Shown: positions 41,804-50,787 of the stretch, piece after piece | Layout of the letters: every line of letters begins with the position of its first letter | Position numbering within the stretch: the stretch's first letter is position 1 | Assembly (NCBI GenBank): GCA_016209685.1 | Contig: JACQVQ010000012.1 | Coordinates: 823-64,822, forward strand | Source of the DNA: Planctomycetota bacterium | GTDB lineage: Bacteria; Planctomycetota; Brocadiia; Brocadiales; Bathyanammoxibiaceae | DNA length: 64,000 nt | Reading direction: 5' to 3' | Translations under genes and position numbers: made by a program | The notes under the pieces: generated by a model | What the model saw: only the letters and a program-made list of their open reading frames with translations | The model's database searches: none | What the model was told of the DNA's origin: nothing

Positions 41804-42099
41804 TTGAGCACCTCCATCTCGTCCACGTCCAGTGTGGCCCGGTTCCTGAACACGAGCAAGACTATGGAAAGGGCCACGGCGATCTCTACGGCCGCTATGA
41901 CCATGGCAAAGAGGACAAAGACCTGACCATCCAGGGAGCCTGTCTGACGGCAAAAGGATACAAAGGCCAGCCCTGCCCCATTAATCATGAGCTCTATACA
42001 CATAAGGAGGACTATGACATTCCTGCGGGTCAGGAAGCCTATCACCCCTATCCCAAAGAGGACAACCCCTACCATTAAGTACTGGTCAGCCGCTAGCAT
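41797..42099 (-). CDS. nuoK: NADH-quinone oxidoreductase subunit K
   Basis: 100 aa, three TM helices, position between nuoJ and nuoL. Confidence 0.9.
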   Translation of the reverse strand: MLAADQYLMVGVVLFGIGVIGFLTRRNVIVLLMCIELMINGAGLAFVSFCRQTGSLDGQVFVLFAMVIAAVEIAVALSIVLLVFRNRATLDVDEMEVLKW

Positions 42100-42127
42100 C
42101 TATTCCTCACCATTACATTCATAATGT

Positions 42128-42628
42128 TTATTTCTTTATCCCTGAGAGCAGGGCTACGCCTACCACGGCCACCAGCAGTAGAATGCCTGTAAGCTCCACG
42201 GGTAAGAGGTATTGGGTGTAGAGTACACCCCCCAGGGACTTGATACTCCCAAAGTCTGGCGGCACCGTTGCTACCTTAGGGGTCAGACTGCTTGCCCTGT
42301 TAACGACATAAATCAATTTCATCAAAAAGAATACGGCCACCAGCAGCCCCGTACACCATAGTAGCCCCGGACGGAAACGCTGTATCTCCGTCTTCTCATA
42401 CTTCAGCATCATAACCACAAAGAGGAACAACACCATTATCGCCCCTACGTAAAGTATTACCTGTACCACGGCCAGGAACGGGGCACTGAGCATGGCGTAC
42501 ATCCAGGCCACGGCGAGCAGGGTAACTATCAGCGAGAGGACGCTGTACATGACCTTCCTCTGCAGGATAACTGAGCCTGCCGAGGCCACCGCCAATATTG
42601 CCGCTATGTAAAAGAATAGATTTTCCAT
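42128..42628 (-). CDS. nuoJ: NADH-quinone oxidoreductase subunit J
   Basis: 166 aa membrane protein in nuoJ position. Confidence 0.85.
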   Translation of the reverse strand: MENLFFYIAAILAVASAGSVILQRKVMYSVLSLIVTLLAVAWMYAMLSAPFLAVVQVILYVGAIMVLFLFVVMMLKYEKTEIQRFRPGLLWCTGLLVAVFFLMKLIYVVNRASSLTPKVATVPPDFGSIKSLGGVLYTQYLLPVELTGILLLVAVVGVALLSGIKK

Positions 42629-42637
42629 TAAACCTTT

Positions 42638-42650
42638 CCGCCTGAGGCGG
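42638..42650. repeat. CCGCCTGAGGCGG mini-hairpin between nuoI and nuoJ
   Basis: The same 13-mer occurs at 15410. Variants at 59746 and 61243. Confidence 0.7.
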
Positions 42651-42668
42651 ATTGAACCTTTGAACTTT

Positions 42669-43244
42669 TTATAGTCCTAACGGGTTCGCCTCCATAGGCC
42701 CCTGGCCCGGGGCGTTGAGACTGCGTTGACAACCTGGAAGAGGCATCTCCTTAACAAGCTGTTCCTTGCGGTAAAGCAGGTCCTCCCTGCTGAACCCTGG
42801 CTCCGGGCTCTTCCCTGTGTCCATATAGAGGGCGTCCACGGGGCAGGCCTCTTCACACATCCCACACCAGCAACACCTGGTTACATCTATCTCAAAACTC
42901 ACGGGATACTTTTCAATGGCAGGGTCAGGATGTTCTCCAGCCACGATATGGATGCACTGTACCGGGCAGACGGTCTCACACAGCATACAGGCCACGCACC
43001 TCGGGGAACCATCTGGACGGGCGTTGATGCGGTGCCGTCCCCTCCATCTCCTGGACAACGGCACTTTCTCCTCCGGGTACTGTACGGTTACTGCCGCCGG
43101 CACCTCCGGGTACTTCCCAAGCAGATGGGCAATGTGGAAGTACATGTTATAAATGAAATGGCGGGAGGTTATCCATAACCCCTTTGCTATCTCAAAGAAG
43201 TAGAAACTCTCCTTGGTAGTCAGATTGTGGCCAACTATCTTCAT
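42669..43244 (-). CDS. nuoI: NADH-quinone oxidoreductase subunit I
   Basis: Two ferredoxin-type motifs: CVACMLCETVCP and CCWCGMCEEACP. Confidence 0.9.
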   Translation of the reverse strand: MKIVGHNLTTKESFYFFEIAKGLWITSRHFIYNMYFHIAHLLGKYPEVPAAVTVQYPEEKVPLSRRWRGRHRINARPDGSPRCVACMLCETVCPVQCIHIVAGEHPDPAIEKYPVSFEIDVTRCCWCGMCEEACPVDALYMDTGKSPEPGFSREDLLYRKEQLVKEMPLPGCQRSLNAPGQGPMEANPLGL

Positions 43245-43312
43245 CTTTTATCCTTAACCCTATGTGTCATTCTGAGCGAAGCGAAGAATCTGGTCTTTTA
43301 AGAGGTCTCCCT

Positions 43313-44392
43313 TTAAAAGACATATTTTATTAGCCCCGTGACCACTATATTAACGAGGGCCAGGGGGACCATAAATTTCCAGCCAAAGGCCATGAGCTGG
43401 TCGTAGCGGAACCGGGGCAACGTCCACCTGACCAGGAGCATGAACCAGCAGAAGAACAACACCTTCAGACCAAAGGCCGAGACCTGGAGGAGGACTACGA
43501 GGAGGTGTGGCAGGGGGATGGTAAACAGTCCGGGAATGAATATCCCTTGATTACTGAGAAAAGGTATCTGCCATCCTCCAAAATAAAGGGCCGTTACCAC
43601 CCCCGCCACCGATATAACCTCTATAAATTCACCCATCCAGAATGCACCGAACTTCATGCCGCTGTACTCGGTGAAGTAACCAATAATTTCAGACTCGCTC
43701 TCTGGCAGGTCAAAGGGGACACGCTTGGTCTCCGCCATGGCGGCAGTAAAGAATAGGATGAACCCCAGGGGCTGGGCCACTATCCCCCAGTAGGGTATGA
43801 CCCCCAGGACGTACTGCCCCTGTCCCCTTACTATATCGTCTAACTCTATTGAGCCATAGGCCATGACGACTCCGACGATGGAGAGGCCCAGGGCAAGTTC
43901 ATAGGAGATGAGCTGGGCCGCCGCCCTGATACTCCCTAGCAGGGAATACTTGTTCTCGGAAGACCAGCCGGCCAACACCACGCTGTAGAAGCCGAGTCCG
44001 CCGAAGGCCACGATGAAGAGTATCCCCACGTTAAGGTCTGCTATCTGCAGGGGGATATCCCTCCCGGCGATATGGAGCGTATCCCCAAAGGGAATCACTG
44101 CAAAGACCACCAGGGCCGTAAAAAGGGCCAGGAAGGGGGCCAGGGTATGAATGAAGGCGTCCCCTGCCGGGGGCACCCAGTCCTCTTTTGTGAGCATCTT
44201 GATAGTATCGGCTATGGGATGGAATAACCCAAATATCCTGAACCCCAGGACGTCTGCACGGTTTGCCCCTATGCGATCCTGCATCACTGCGCTCTGCTTC
44301 CTCTCTGCCCAACTCAGGATGGCCGCCACGTTTAAGACAAAGCCAAAGACTATGGCAATCTTTAACAGGGTTATAATTACGTCCAGACACAT
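43313..44392 (-). CDS. nuoH: NADH-quinone oxidoreductase subunit H
   Basis: 359 aa polytopic. AERKQSAVMQDRIGANR and FDLPESESEIIGYFTEYSG motifs. Confidence 0.95.
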   Translation of the reverse strand: MCLDVIITLLKIAIVFGFVLNVAAILSWAERKQSAVMQDRIGANRADVLGFRIFGLFHPIADTIKMLTKEDWVPPAGDAFIHTLAPFLALFTALVVFAVIPFGDTLHIAGRDIPLQIADLNVGILFIVAFGGLGFYSVVLAGWSSENKYSLLGSIRAAAQLISYELALGLSIVGVVMAYGSIELDDIVRGQGQYVLGVIPYWGIVAQPLGFILFFTAAMAETKRVPFDLPESESEIIGYFTEYSGMKFGAFWMGEFIEVISVAGVVTALYFGGWQIPFLSNQGIFIPGLFTIPLPHLLVVLLQVSAFGLKVLFFCWFMLLVRWTLPRFRYDQLMAFGWKFMVPLALVNIVVTGLIKYVF

Positions 44393-44409
44393 ATACTCTA
44401 TTCCTTCTC

Positions 44410-46029
44410 TCAGGACTTGCCCTCAGGGAGGGTCAGTTTTATCCCCTGAGGACCTATCTTCTGGTAACTAAGCCCGGTAAAGGGGGCGACCTCCCTGGCC
44501 ATGTCCTTAAAGACCTCCTCTGCATACTTGTAAGAGGGGTAAGACCCCAGTCTCTTCCCAAGCCTGGTGAATATCTCCCAATCCGCCTGGGCCTCTCCCA
44601 ACGGTTCCAGGGCCTTGTTTATCCTCTGCAGTCGGCCCTGATAGTTAGTGAACGTCCCTTCCTTTTCCACAAAAGTGGCGCCCGGCAGGATTACGTGGGC
44701 GAGCTTGCAACTGGCGTTAAAGTTGGTCCCCTGGAATATCAATAACTCTGCCCTGGAGAGGGCCTCCTCGGCCTTTTCGCCTATATACTTGACGGGGTCG
44801 CTACCGACCAGATAAAGGGCCTTTATCTCACCCGTCTTAACCTTCTCCATCATGGCCTCTGCCGAAAGACCCGTACCGCTAAGCCCCAATAGCTCAGCAC
44901 CCCTGGTATTAGGATGTCTATCGGCCTTAAGGAGTAACTTGTCGCCTTCGCCCTTATCAAGACCCGGGAGTTTGAAGTCAATATTGGTTACCTTGAGGAC
45001 ACAGCTAAAGAGACACTTAAGAGCATAAAGGTCCTCATTGGTGAGGTGTGGCGAGGGTATTACGCCAATGGCAGAGGGGCCATACCTCTCTACTACGGTC
45101 TTTAACCCACTGGCCGTCTCCCTCAGGACGGTATCCCAGTCGCTCTTAACGAAATCTTCGCCCTTCTTCAGGGCTGGCGTGGTGAGCCTGTCTATGCTGT
45201 CTATAAAGGAGTATCCCCAGCGGCCCACGTCGCAGAGCCATATCTTGTTGACGTCGTTATTCTCCCTGGGCGTCAGTCTGAATACCCTCTGCCCCTTTAT
45301 CCCATCGAAACTGCGGAGGGTAAAATGGACTACTGCGTTACAGCCGTTAGAACACCCAGGACATATAGTGTCCACCTTACATAAGAGCCACGACCTGCAC
45401 TTGAAGCGGAAGTCCTTTGCCGTGAGGGCGCCTACGGGGCAGATATCTGCCAGATTTCCCTGATAGTTGTGCTCAATCTTCTTGCCAGGATAGGTCCCTA
45501 TCTCGGAATGGTCTCCCCTGTTAAAGATTCCCAGGTTTTCTTCCCCGGCCACCTCTTTGCAGAACCTTACGCACCTGCTGCATACCACGCACCTCTCGGA
45601 ATCCAGCACCATCGTTGCCCCCAGGTCAACTACCTTATGTTTTTTCACCTTATAGTCTTTGAACCTGCTGGGCTGACGACTGTGGCGGAAGTAGTAGTCC
45701 TGGAGCTTGCATTCTCCGGCCTTGTCGCAGATTGGGCAGTCCAGGGGGTGGTTTATAAGGATAAACTCCAGTATGCTCTTACGGGCCTCCTCTACCTTGG
45801 GGGTACCGGTAAAGACTACCATGTTGTCCCTGACCGCATTGGAACAGGAGGTAACCAATTTGGGGGCATCCTTAACCTCCACCAGACACATCCTGCAGGC
45901 ATCCACCTTGGTAAGCCTGGGGTGGTAACAGAAGTGCGGGATGGAGATACCCAGCTTCTTGGCCGCATCCAGGATGGTAGTACCCTGGTCTACGGTAACC
46001 TGTTGGTCATCAATGGTAAGGGTAGGCAT
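44410..46029 (-). CDS. nuoG: NADH-quinone oxidoreductase subunit G (short form, 539 aa)
   Basis: N-terminal 2Fe-2S ferredoxin fold (CYHPRL...CRMCLVEV), a His/Cys 4Fe-4S region, CPICDKAGEC, CVVCSRCVRFC. Confidence 0.9.
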   Translation of the reverse strand: MPTLTIDDQQVTVDQGTTILDAAKKLGISIPHFCYHPRLTKVDACRMCLVEVKDAPKLVTSCSNAVRDNMVVFTGTPKVEEARKSILEFILINHPLDCPICDKAGECKLQDYYFRHSRQPSRFKDYKVKKHKVVDLGATMVLDSERCVVCSRCVRFCKEVAGEENLGIFNRGDHSEIGTYPGKKIEHNYQGNLADICPVGALTAKDFRFKCRSWLLCKVDTICPGCSNGCNAVVHFTLRSFDGIKGQRVFRLTPRENNDVNKIWLCDVGRWGYSFIDSIDRLTTPALKKGEDFVKSDWDTVLRETASGLKTVVERYGPSAIGVIPSPHLTNEDLYALKCLFSCVLKVTNIDFKLPGLDKGEGDKLLLKADRHPNTRGAELLGLSGTGLSAEAMMEKVKTGEIKALYLVGSDPVKYIGEKAEEALSRAELLIFQGTNFNASCKLAHVILPGATFVEKEGTFTNYQGRLQRINKALEPLGEAQADWEIFTRLGKRLGSYPSYKYAEEVFKDMAREVAPFTGLSYQKIGPQGIKLTLPEGKS

Positions 46030-46041
46030 CTTCTTAGCTTA

Positions 46042-46068
46042 GTAGGGGCGGGGTTACCCTGCCCCTAC
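46042..46068. repeat. GTAG-headed REP-like palindrome spanning the nuoF stop codon
   Basis: GTAGGGGCGGGGTTACCCTGCCCCTAC. On the minus strand it supplies ..KVGAG-stop of nuoF. Confidence 0.8.
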
Positions 46069-47313
46069 TTTAATGTAGTCCTCAAACTCTTGTCTAAATT
46101 TGGTAACAAAGCTGAGGGCCGGCCCCACGGCCGCATCCCCCAAGGGGCAGAGGGTACGACCCCTTATACCATTAGCTATACTTACTATGGTGTCCAGGTC
46201 TGCACTCTCCCCTTCCCCTTTCTCAATCCTCTTGATTATCTTTGCCATCCAGCCCGTACCTTCCCGGCATGGGGTACACTTGCCACAGGACTCGTGTGCG
46301 TAGAAGCACATGAGTACCCTGAGGGTCTTGACTAAATCCGTGTCCTCGTCCATCACTATGACTGCCCCTGAACCCATCATACTGCCAATCTTGGCCAGGT
46401 TGGCGTACTCCATGGGGACGTCTATCTCTTCCGGCTTCAAGACCGGTGCAGAGGCGCCTCCGGGGATTACCGCCTTGAGCTTCTTGTCTCCCCGTATCCC
46501 GCCTGCATGTTTGTAAATAATCTCTCTGAGGGGCGTACCCATGGGTAGCTCATAAATCCCCGGTTTCTTGACATGACCGCTGACGGGGAAGAGTTTTACC
46601 CCTCCTCCTATCCCGGGCGCCCCCAGGCCGTTAAACCACTCCCCGCCGTTCTTGACTATGTGGGGGATAGCGGCAATGCTCTCTACGTTATTTATAACCG
46701 TTGGCCCCTGGAAGAGACCCACTATGGCCGGGAACGGGGGTTTCATCCTGGGCTGACCTTTCTTGCCTTCAAAGGACTCCAGCAACCCCGTCTCCTCCCC
46801 GCATATATAGGCCCCTGCCCCACGGTGGACTACCATGTCCAGGTCAAAACCCATCCCCAGTATATTCTTCCCGAGGTAACCCTTGGCATAGGCCTCATTA
46901 ATGGCCCCCTCCAGCCTCTCTATGGACTTTACATATTCCCCACGGACGTATATGCCTGCCCAGTGGATACCCACGGCGAAGCAGGTGATTATGGCCCCCT
47001 CCACCACTGCATGGGGGTCGCACTCCATAATTGGTCTGTCCTTATAAGTACCTGGCTCTCCTTCATCGGCATTGATAACTAGATATTTGGGCTTGGGGGC
47101 CTCTTTGGGGATGAAACTCCACTTCTTCCCTACAGGGAAGCCCGCCCCGCCCCTGCCCTTAAGGCCCGACTTATCCACCTCCTGGATAATCTGCTCTGGC
47201 TTCATCTCCGTCAGGGCCTTCTTCATGGCCTCGTAGCCCCCATCCTGGATATACACCCCCAGGGAGTGGGCATTCTTCTTCCCAAAATTCTTGCTCAATA
47301 TCGGTTTGGGCAT
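46054..47313 (-). CDS. nuoF: NADH-quinone oxidoreductase subunit F
   Basis: [20 protein letters not shown] site, [12 protein letters not shown] 4Fe-4S motif. Confidence 0.95.
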   Translation of the reverse strand: MPKPILSKNFGKKNAHSLGVYIQDGGYEAMKKALTEMKPEQIIQEVDKSGLKGRGGAGFPVGKKWSFIPKEAPKPKYLVINADEGEPGTYKDRPIMECDPHAVVEGAIITCFAVGIHWAGIYVRGEYVKSIERLEGAINEAYAKGYLGKNILGMGFDLDMVVHRGAGAYICGEETGLLESFEGKKGQPRMKPPFPAIVGLFQGPTVINNVESIAAIPHIVKNGGEWFNGLGAPGIGGGVKLFPVSGHVKKPGIYELPMGTPLREIIYKHAGGIRGDKKLKAVIPGGASAPVLKPEEIDVPMEYANLAKIGSMMGSGAVIVMDEDTDLVKTLRVLMCFYAHESCGKCTPCREGTGWMAKIIKRIEKGEGESADLDTIVSIANGIRGRTLCPLGDAAVGPALSFVTKFRQEFEDYIKVGAG

Positions 47314-47315
47314 GG

Positions 47316-47789
47316 TTATTTTAATTTCGTTAGTAGTTCGTCTACCTTTTTAGTAGTAAGATTTTCATGAAAGTCATCATTAACCTGCAGGACAGGGGCA
47401 GTGCCACAGTAGCCCAGGCACTCCACCGTTGAGAGGGTAAATTTCTTGTCCGGGGTGGTCTCCCCCGCCCCTATCTGGAGCTTATCCTTGAGGTGTTCAA
47501 GGATGTCTTCTGCCCCTAGGAGGGTACAGGATATATTGGTGCACAGTTGGAGGTGGTACTTGCCCAGGGGTTTGGCCGCATACATGGTGTAGAAGGTAAG
47601 CACCTCGTGTACCCTTACAAGGGGGACTCCGAGGAGCTTTGCCACGTACTCCTCCACCTCCGGAGTAATAACGGAGAACTCCTTCTGGGCCAGCCACATG
47701 GTGGGTAACAGGGCGGCACCCTTCTCTGGATACTTAGCCAGGATTGCCTTAAACTTTTCCTTTGTCTTCTCTGAGAACGCTACTGTCAT
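47316..47789 (-). CDS. nuoE: NADH-quinone oxidoreductase subunit E
   Basis: Thioredoxin-like 2Fe-2S protein: LQLCTNISC...ECLGYCGTAP. Confidence 0.9.
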   Translation of the reverse strand: MTVAFSEKTKEKFKAILAKYPEKGAALLPTMWLAQKEFSVITPEVEEYVAKLLGVPLVRVHEVLTFYTMYAAKPLGKYHLQLCTNISCTLLGAEDILEHLKDKLQIGAGETTPDKKFTLSTVECLGYCGTAPVLQVNDDFHENLTTKKVDELLTKLK

Positions 47790-47796
47790 GGCTAAA

Positions 47797-47870
47797 TCAG
47801 GGACCAGGGGACAGGGAACAGGGACTAGGGAAAAAGATTACTGACCCCTGATCCCTGACCTCTGACCCCT
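47797..47870. repeat. heptamer-periodic hairpin between nuoD and nuoE (CAGGGRN flavour with GGGAAAAAGATT junction)
   Basis: CAGGGAC CAGGGGA CAGGGAA CAGGGAC TAGGGAA AAAGATT ACTGACC CCTGATC CCTGACC TCTGACC CCT. Confidence 0.85.
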
Positions 47871-47875
47871 ATTTC

Positions 47876-49084
47876 TTATCTATCACACTCTCCACCAATC
47901 ATATTGACTGAACCAAAAGTAGGGACTATGTCGGCCACCATCCCACCGTTAACCAGCCTTGAGACGCCCGACATTATCATAAAACACGGCGGCCTGCATC
48001 TCAGCCTGTACGGCCTGCCACTGCCATCGCTAATCACATAGAAACCAAGCTCACCGTTAGCACCCTCCACTGCCTGATATACCTCACCCTTGGGGGGCAT
48101 GATGCCGTGTCCGTTCATGAAGAGTTTGAAATGATTTATCAAGGACTCCATCTTGCCGTAGACGTCTTTCTTGGAGGGGAAGGTTATCCTTGGGTCGTCT
48201 ATCTTTATTGGACCGGGGGGCATGCTGAACAGGGCCTGCTCGCATATCCTCATGGACTGCTGTATCTCCTCCATCCTTACCAGGTAACGGTCGTAGTTAT
48301 CGCCATTGGTCCCTACCGGCACCTCAAAGTTCATCTTGTCGTACACCATGTAAGGCTGGGCCTTCCTGACGTCATAGGCCACCCCGGTAGAGCGGAGGCA
48401 TGGGCCAGTAAAGCCATAAGACATGGCTTCATCAGCAGTTATAGCCCCTACCCCCTTCGTTCTGTCCACAAATATACGGTTCTTTGTCAGGAGGCCATGA
48501 ATCTCCTGTAATACCTCTCTGGTCACCTTGAAGGCCTCCAGTGTCCTACCCTGGAAGCCCTCGGGCAGGTCGTCTTTTACCCCACCAATCCTTACATAGC
48601 TTGGGGTTACTCCCCTACCGCCGGCAACCTCCTCTATAAGTTTCCAGAGCATCTCCCTGGCCTTTATCATGTATAGGAATGCCGTTATGGCCCCCAGTTC
48701 CATGGCTGAGGCACCTACATTAGTAAGGTGGTCGGTAATACGGCATATCTCACTCATGATTACCCGTATATATTTGCATCGCTCCGGCACGTCCACCCCG
48801 AAGAGTTTTTCCACGGCCATGGCATAGCCAAAATTATTAATGAGGGGAGAGACGTAGTTGAGTCTGTCGGTATAGATAATGGCCTGGTGATAGGTACGGT
48901 TCTCGCAGGTCTTCTCAAAGCCCCTATGGAGGTAGCCTATTTCCACGTCACTGCTAACCACCGTCTCCCCGTCCAGTTCCAGGAACATCCTGATCGTCCC
49001 GTGCATGGCGGGGTGGGAGGGCCCCATGTGGAGCGTCATCTCCCTGATGTTCAATTCCCTGGCTAAGGTGGCCGTCTTTTCCAT
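47876..49084 (-). CDS. nuoD: NADH-quinone oxidoreductase subunit D
   Basis: MGPSHPAMHGTIRM N-terminal motif and C-terminal IGGECDR. Confidence 0.95.
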   Translation of the reverse strand: MEKTATLARELNIREMTLHMGPSHPAMHGTIRMFLELDGETVVSSDVEIGYLHRGFEKTCENRTYHQAIIYTDRLNYVSPLINNFGYAMAVEKLFGVDVPERCKYIRVIMSEICRITDHLTNVGASAMELGAITAFLYMIKAREMLWKLIEEVAGGRGVTPSYVRIGGVKDDLPEGFQGRTLEAFKVTREVLQEIHGLLTKNRIFVDRTKGVGAITADEAMSYGFTGPCLRSTGVAYDVRKAQPYMVYDKMNFEVPVGTNGDNYDRYLVRMEEIQQSMRICEQALFSMPPGPIKIDDPRITFPSKKDVYGKMESLINHFKLFMNGHGIMPPKGEVYQAVEGANGELGFYVISDGSGRPYRLRCRPPCFMIMSGVSRLVNGGMVADIVPTFGSVNMIGGECDR

Positions 49085-49103
49085 ATTATTTATTTTTGGC
49101 AGG

Positions 49104-49601
49104 TCAGTTTTTAGGACCTATTAAGGGCTGACGCCCGGTCAGTGGATAATCCTTCCTGAGGGGATGGCCTTCAAACTGTTCGTAGAGGAGTATCCTCTTC
49201 AAGTCGGGATGTCCGTCAAACCTTATGCCGAACATATCCCAGCACTCCCTCTCCAGCCAGTTGGCCACTGCCCACAGGGGGGTGAGGGAGTCAATGGTAG
49301 GGTCTGCCTCTGTCAGCGGTGCCTTTATCCTTACCCTGTGGTTGTACTTTATAGAGTAGAGGTGATAAACCACCTCAAAACGCTCCGTCTTAGGCGGGTT
49401 ATTCATCTGCAAATAATCCACCGCCGTCAGGTCCATGAGGAAATTGTAGGAGAGGTCCGGGGACTCCTTCAGGAAGCGGCAGATATCCACAACATCAACC
49501 CTCTTTACTACTGCCGTATCATCACCCCTGAAGGAGTGGGTATCTATAATAGAAGCAGGAAACCGCTCTCTTAATTTTTTTAGGGTAAGACTTTCTTCCA
49601 T
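49104..49601 (-). CDS. nuoC: NADH-quinone oxidoreductase subunit C
   Basis: ERECWDMFGIRFDGHPDLKRIL motif. Start placed at ATG 49601 (MEESLTLKKL), because the ORF-track start 49661 lies inside an inserted repeat. Confidence 0.85.
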   Translation of the reverse strand: MEESLTLKKLRERFPASIIDTHSFRGDDTAVVKRVDVVDICRFLKESPDLSYNFLMDLTAVDYLQMNNPPKTERFEVVYHLYSIKYNHRVRIKAPLTEADPTIDSLTPLWAVANWLERECWDMFGIRFDGHPDLKRILLYEQFEGHPLRKDYPLTGRQPLIGPKN

Positions 49602-49602
49602 C

Positions 49603-49740
49603 ACAACTCTTGCTTCTGATTCTGTATCCAACTTTGTGTAGCGTGCGACCTCGTGTCGCACGATTTTTCCATTTAATCACCGTGCGAGGCAAGCTCGCAC
49701 GCTACATCTTCGTTACAACTCTTGCTTCTGATTCTGTATC
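49603..49740. mobile_element. MITE-like palindromic element between nuoB and nuoC, flanked by a 26-nt direct duplication
   Basis: Direct repeats ACAACTCTTGCTTCTGATTCTGTATC at 49603-49628 and 49715-49740. Terminal inverted repeats TGTAGCGTGCGA (49637-49648) and TCGCACGCTACA (49695-49706). Confidence 0.75.
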
Positions 49741-50186
49741 TTTTCCTGGAGCTTCATAATCCCATCCAGGACGGTTTCGGGTCTGGGCGGACAGCCAGGG
49801 ATATAGACGTCCACGGGGACTATAGTATCTATCCCCTGTACCGTAGCATAGTTATCGTAAGGTCCCCCTGAACAGGTACAGCCGCCAAAGGCCACCACCC
49901 ACTTAGGCTCGCACATCTGCTCCCACACCCTCTTGAGTATGGGGGCCTGCTTGTGGCTAATCGTCCCCACCACAAAGAGGACGTCTGCCTGGCGGGGCGA
50001 AAACCTCGGCAGTCCTGCCCCAAAGCGGTCTATATCGTAATGGCTTGCCGCCGTGGCCATGTACTCCATCCCACAGCAGGCGGTCACGAAGGGGTAGAGG
50101 AACAGGGAATACTTCCTGGCCCACCCAAGTACCTTATCCGTTCTGGTCAGGACTACGCTCTCGCCCAAGGCGGATTCTATCGCCAC
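49713..50186 (-). CDS. nuoB: NADH-quinone oxidoreductase subunit B
   Basis: CCGMEYMA, GGCTCSGGPY, GCPPRPE cluster-N2 motifs. Confidence 0.95.
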   Translation of the reverse strand: MAIESALGESVVLTRTDKVLGWARKYSLFLYPFVTACCGMEYMATAASHYDIDRFGAGLPRFSPRQADVLFVVGTISHKQAPILKRVWEQMCEPKWVVAFGGCTCSGGPYDNYATVQGIDTIVPVDVYIPGCPPRPETVLDGIMKLQEKIQNQKQEL

Positions 50187-50533
50187 TCTAAAGCCCCTTC
50201 CCTCCAGGCGTATAGAAGCCCCACCGCAAGGATGGCGGTGAAGACCATCATCTCCAGTAGCCCAAAAAGGGCCAGCTTATCAAAAAGCACTGCCCAGGGA
50301 TAAAAGAACACCACCTCAACGTCGAAGACAAGGAAAAGGACTGCCAGGAGGTAGAATTTTACAGGGAATGCGACCCTTGCAGGCCCCGAAGGCTCCATCC
50401 CGCATTCAAAGGGCAAGGCCTTTACGGGGGTGAGTCTCTTGGGCCCCAGTATTGAGGTCAGAAATATTAGTAACCCTGCGATAAAGGCTGCAGTAAAGAA
50501 AGTAAGTGCAACGGCTAGCCCGTATCCCTCCAT
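50177..50533 (-). CDS. nuoA: NADH-quinone oxidoreductase subunit A
   Basis: 118 aa, three TM helices, PFECG motif. Overlaps nuoB by 10 nt. Confidence 0.9.
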   Translation of the reverse strand: MEGYGLAVALTFFTAAFIAGLLIFLTSILGPKRLTPVKALPFECGMEPSGPARVAFPVKFYLLAVLFLVFDVEVVFFYPWAVLFDKLALFGLLEMMVFTAILAVGLLYAWREGALEWR

Positions 50534-50550
50534 GGCAGTCTCTTACGACT

Positions 50551-50631
50551 GCGGTACTACCGCCCGTCAGAAGTGGCCCTCCGCCACACAGGGGGTGCTA
50601 CCGCTCTTTCGTCGTCAGGCGGTACTACCGC
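50551..50631. promoter_or_regulatory. three copies of a 13-nt palindrome in the nuoA leader (candidate operator array)
   Basis: GCGGTACTACCGC at 50551-50563 and 50619-50631 (both perfect). A degenerate copy GGGGTGCTACCGC lies at 50592-50604. Confidence 0.4.
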
Positions 50632-50655
50632 CTCTCCTTTCAGTGTGAGGCAAAC

Positions 50656-50683
50656 ACTATACAAAATTTTTTATTGAAGTCAA
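50656..50683 (-). promoter_or_regulatory. candidate sigma70-type promoter of the nuo operon
   Basis: Minus strand reads TTGACT (50683-50678), 16-nt spacer, TATAGT (50661-50656), about 120 nt upstream of the nuoA ATG. Confidence 0.45.
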
Positions 50684-50737
50684 ATGTTTTTTGGGGTGTC
50701 AATTCAATCTCAAGCGTGTCATTCTATTTAATATGAC

Positions 50738-50787
50738 CTGGGGCTTAGGGGCCAGGGATTAGGGGCTAGGGGTTAGGGAAAAAGAAT
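50738..50787. repeat. G-rich heptamer run ending in GGGAAAAAGAAT
   Basis: CTGGGGC TTAGGGG CCAGGGA TTAGGGG CTAGGGG TTAGGGA AAAAGAA. Confidence 0.8.

Noticed and set aside
41804-41953. 50-codon N-terminal extension of nuoL in the ORF track
   Set aside because: It overlaps nuoK by 157 nt with an Arg/Gly/His-rich non-membrane sequence. A GTG at 41803 forms a standard GTGGTAG overlap with the nuoK stop and gives a typical NuoL N-terminus.
45469-46335. 288-aa ORF on the plus strand
   Set aside because: It lies entirely antisense to nuoG and nuoF, which have unambiguous Fe-S and FMN motifs. It is a shadow ORF with no RBS or recognisable motif.
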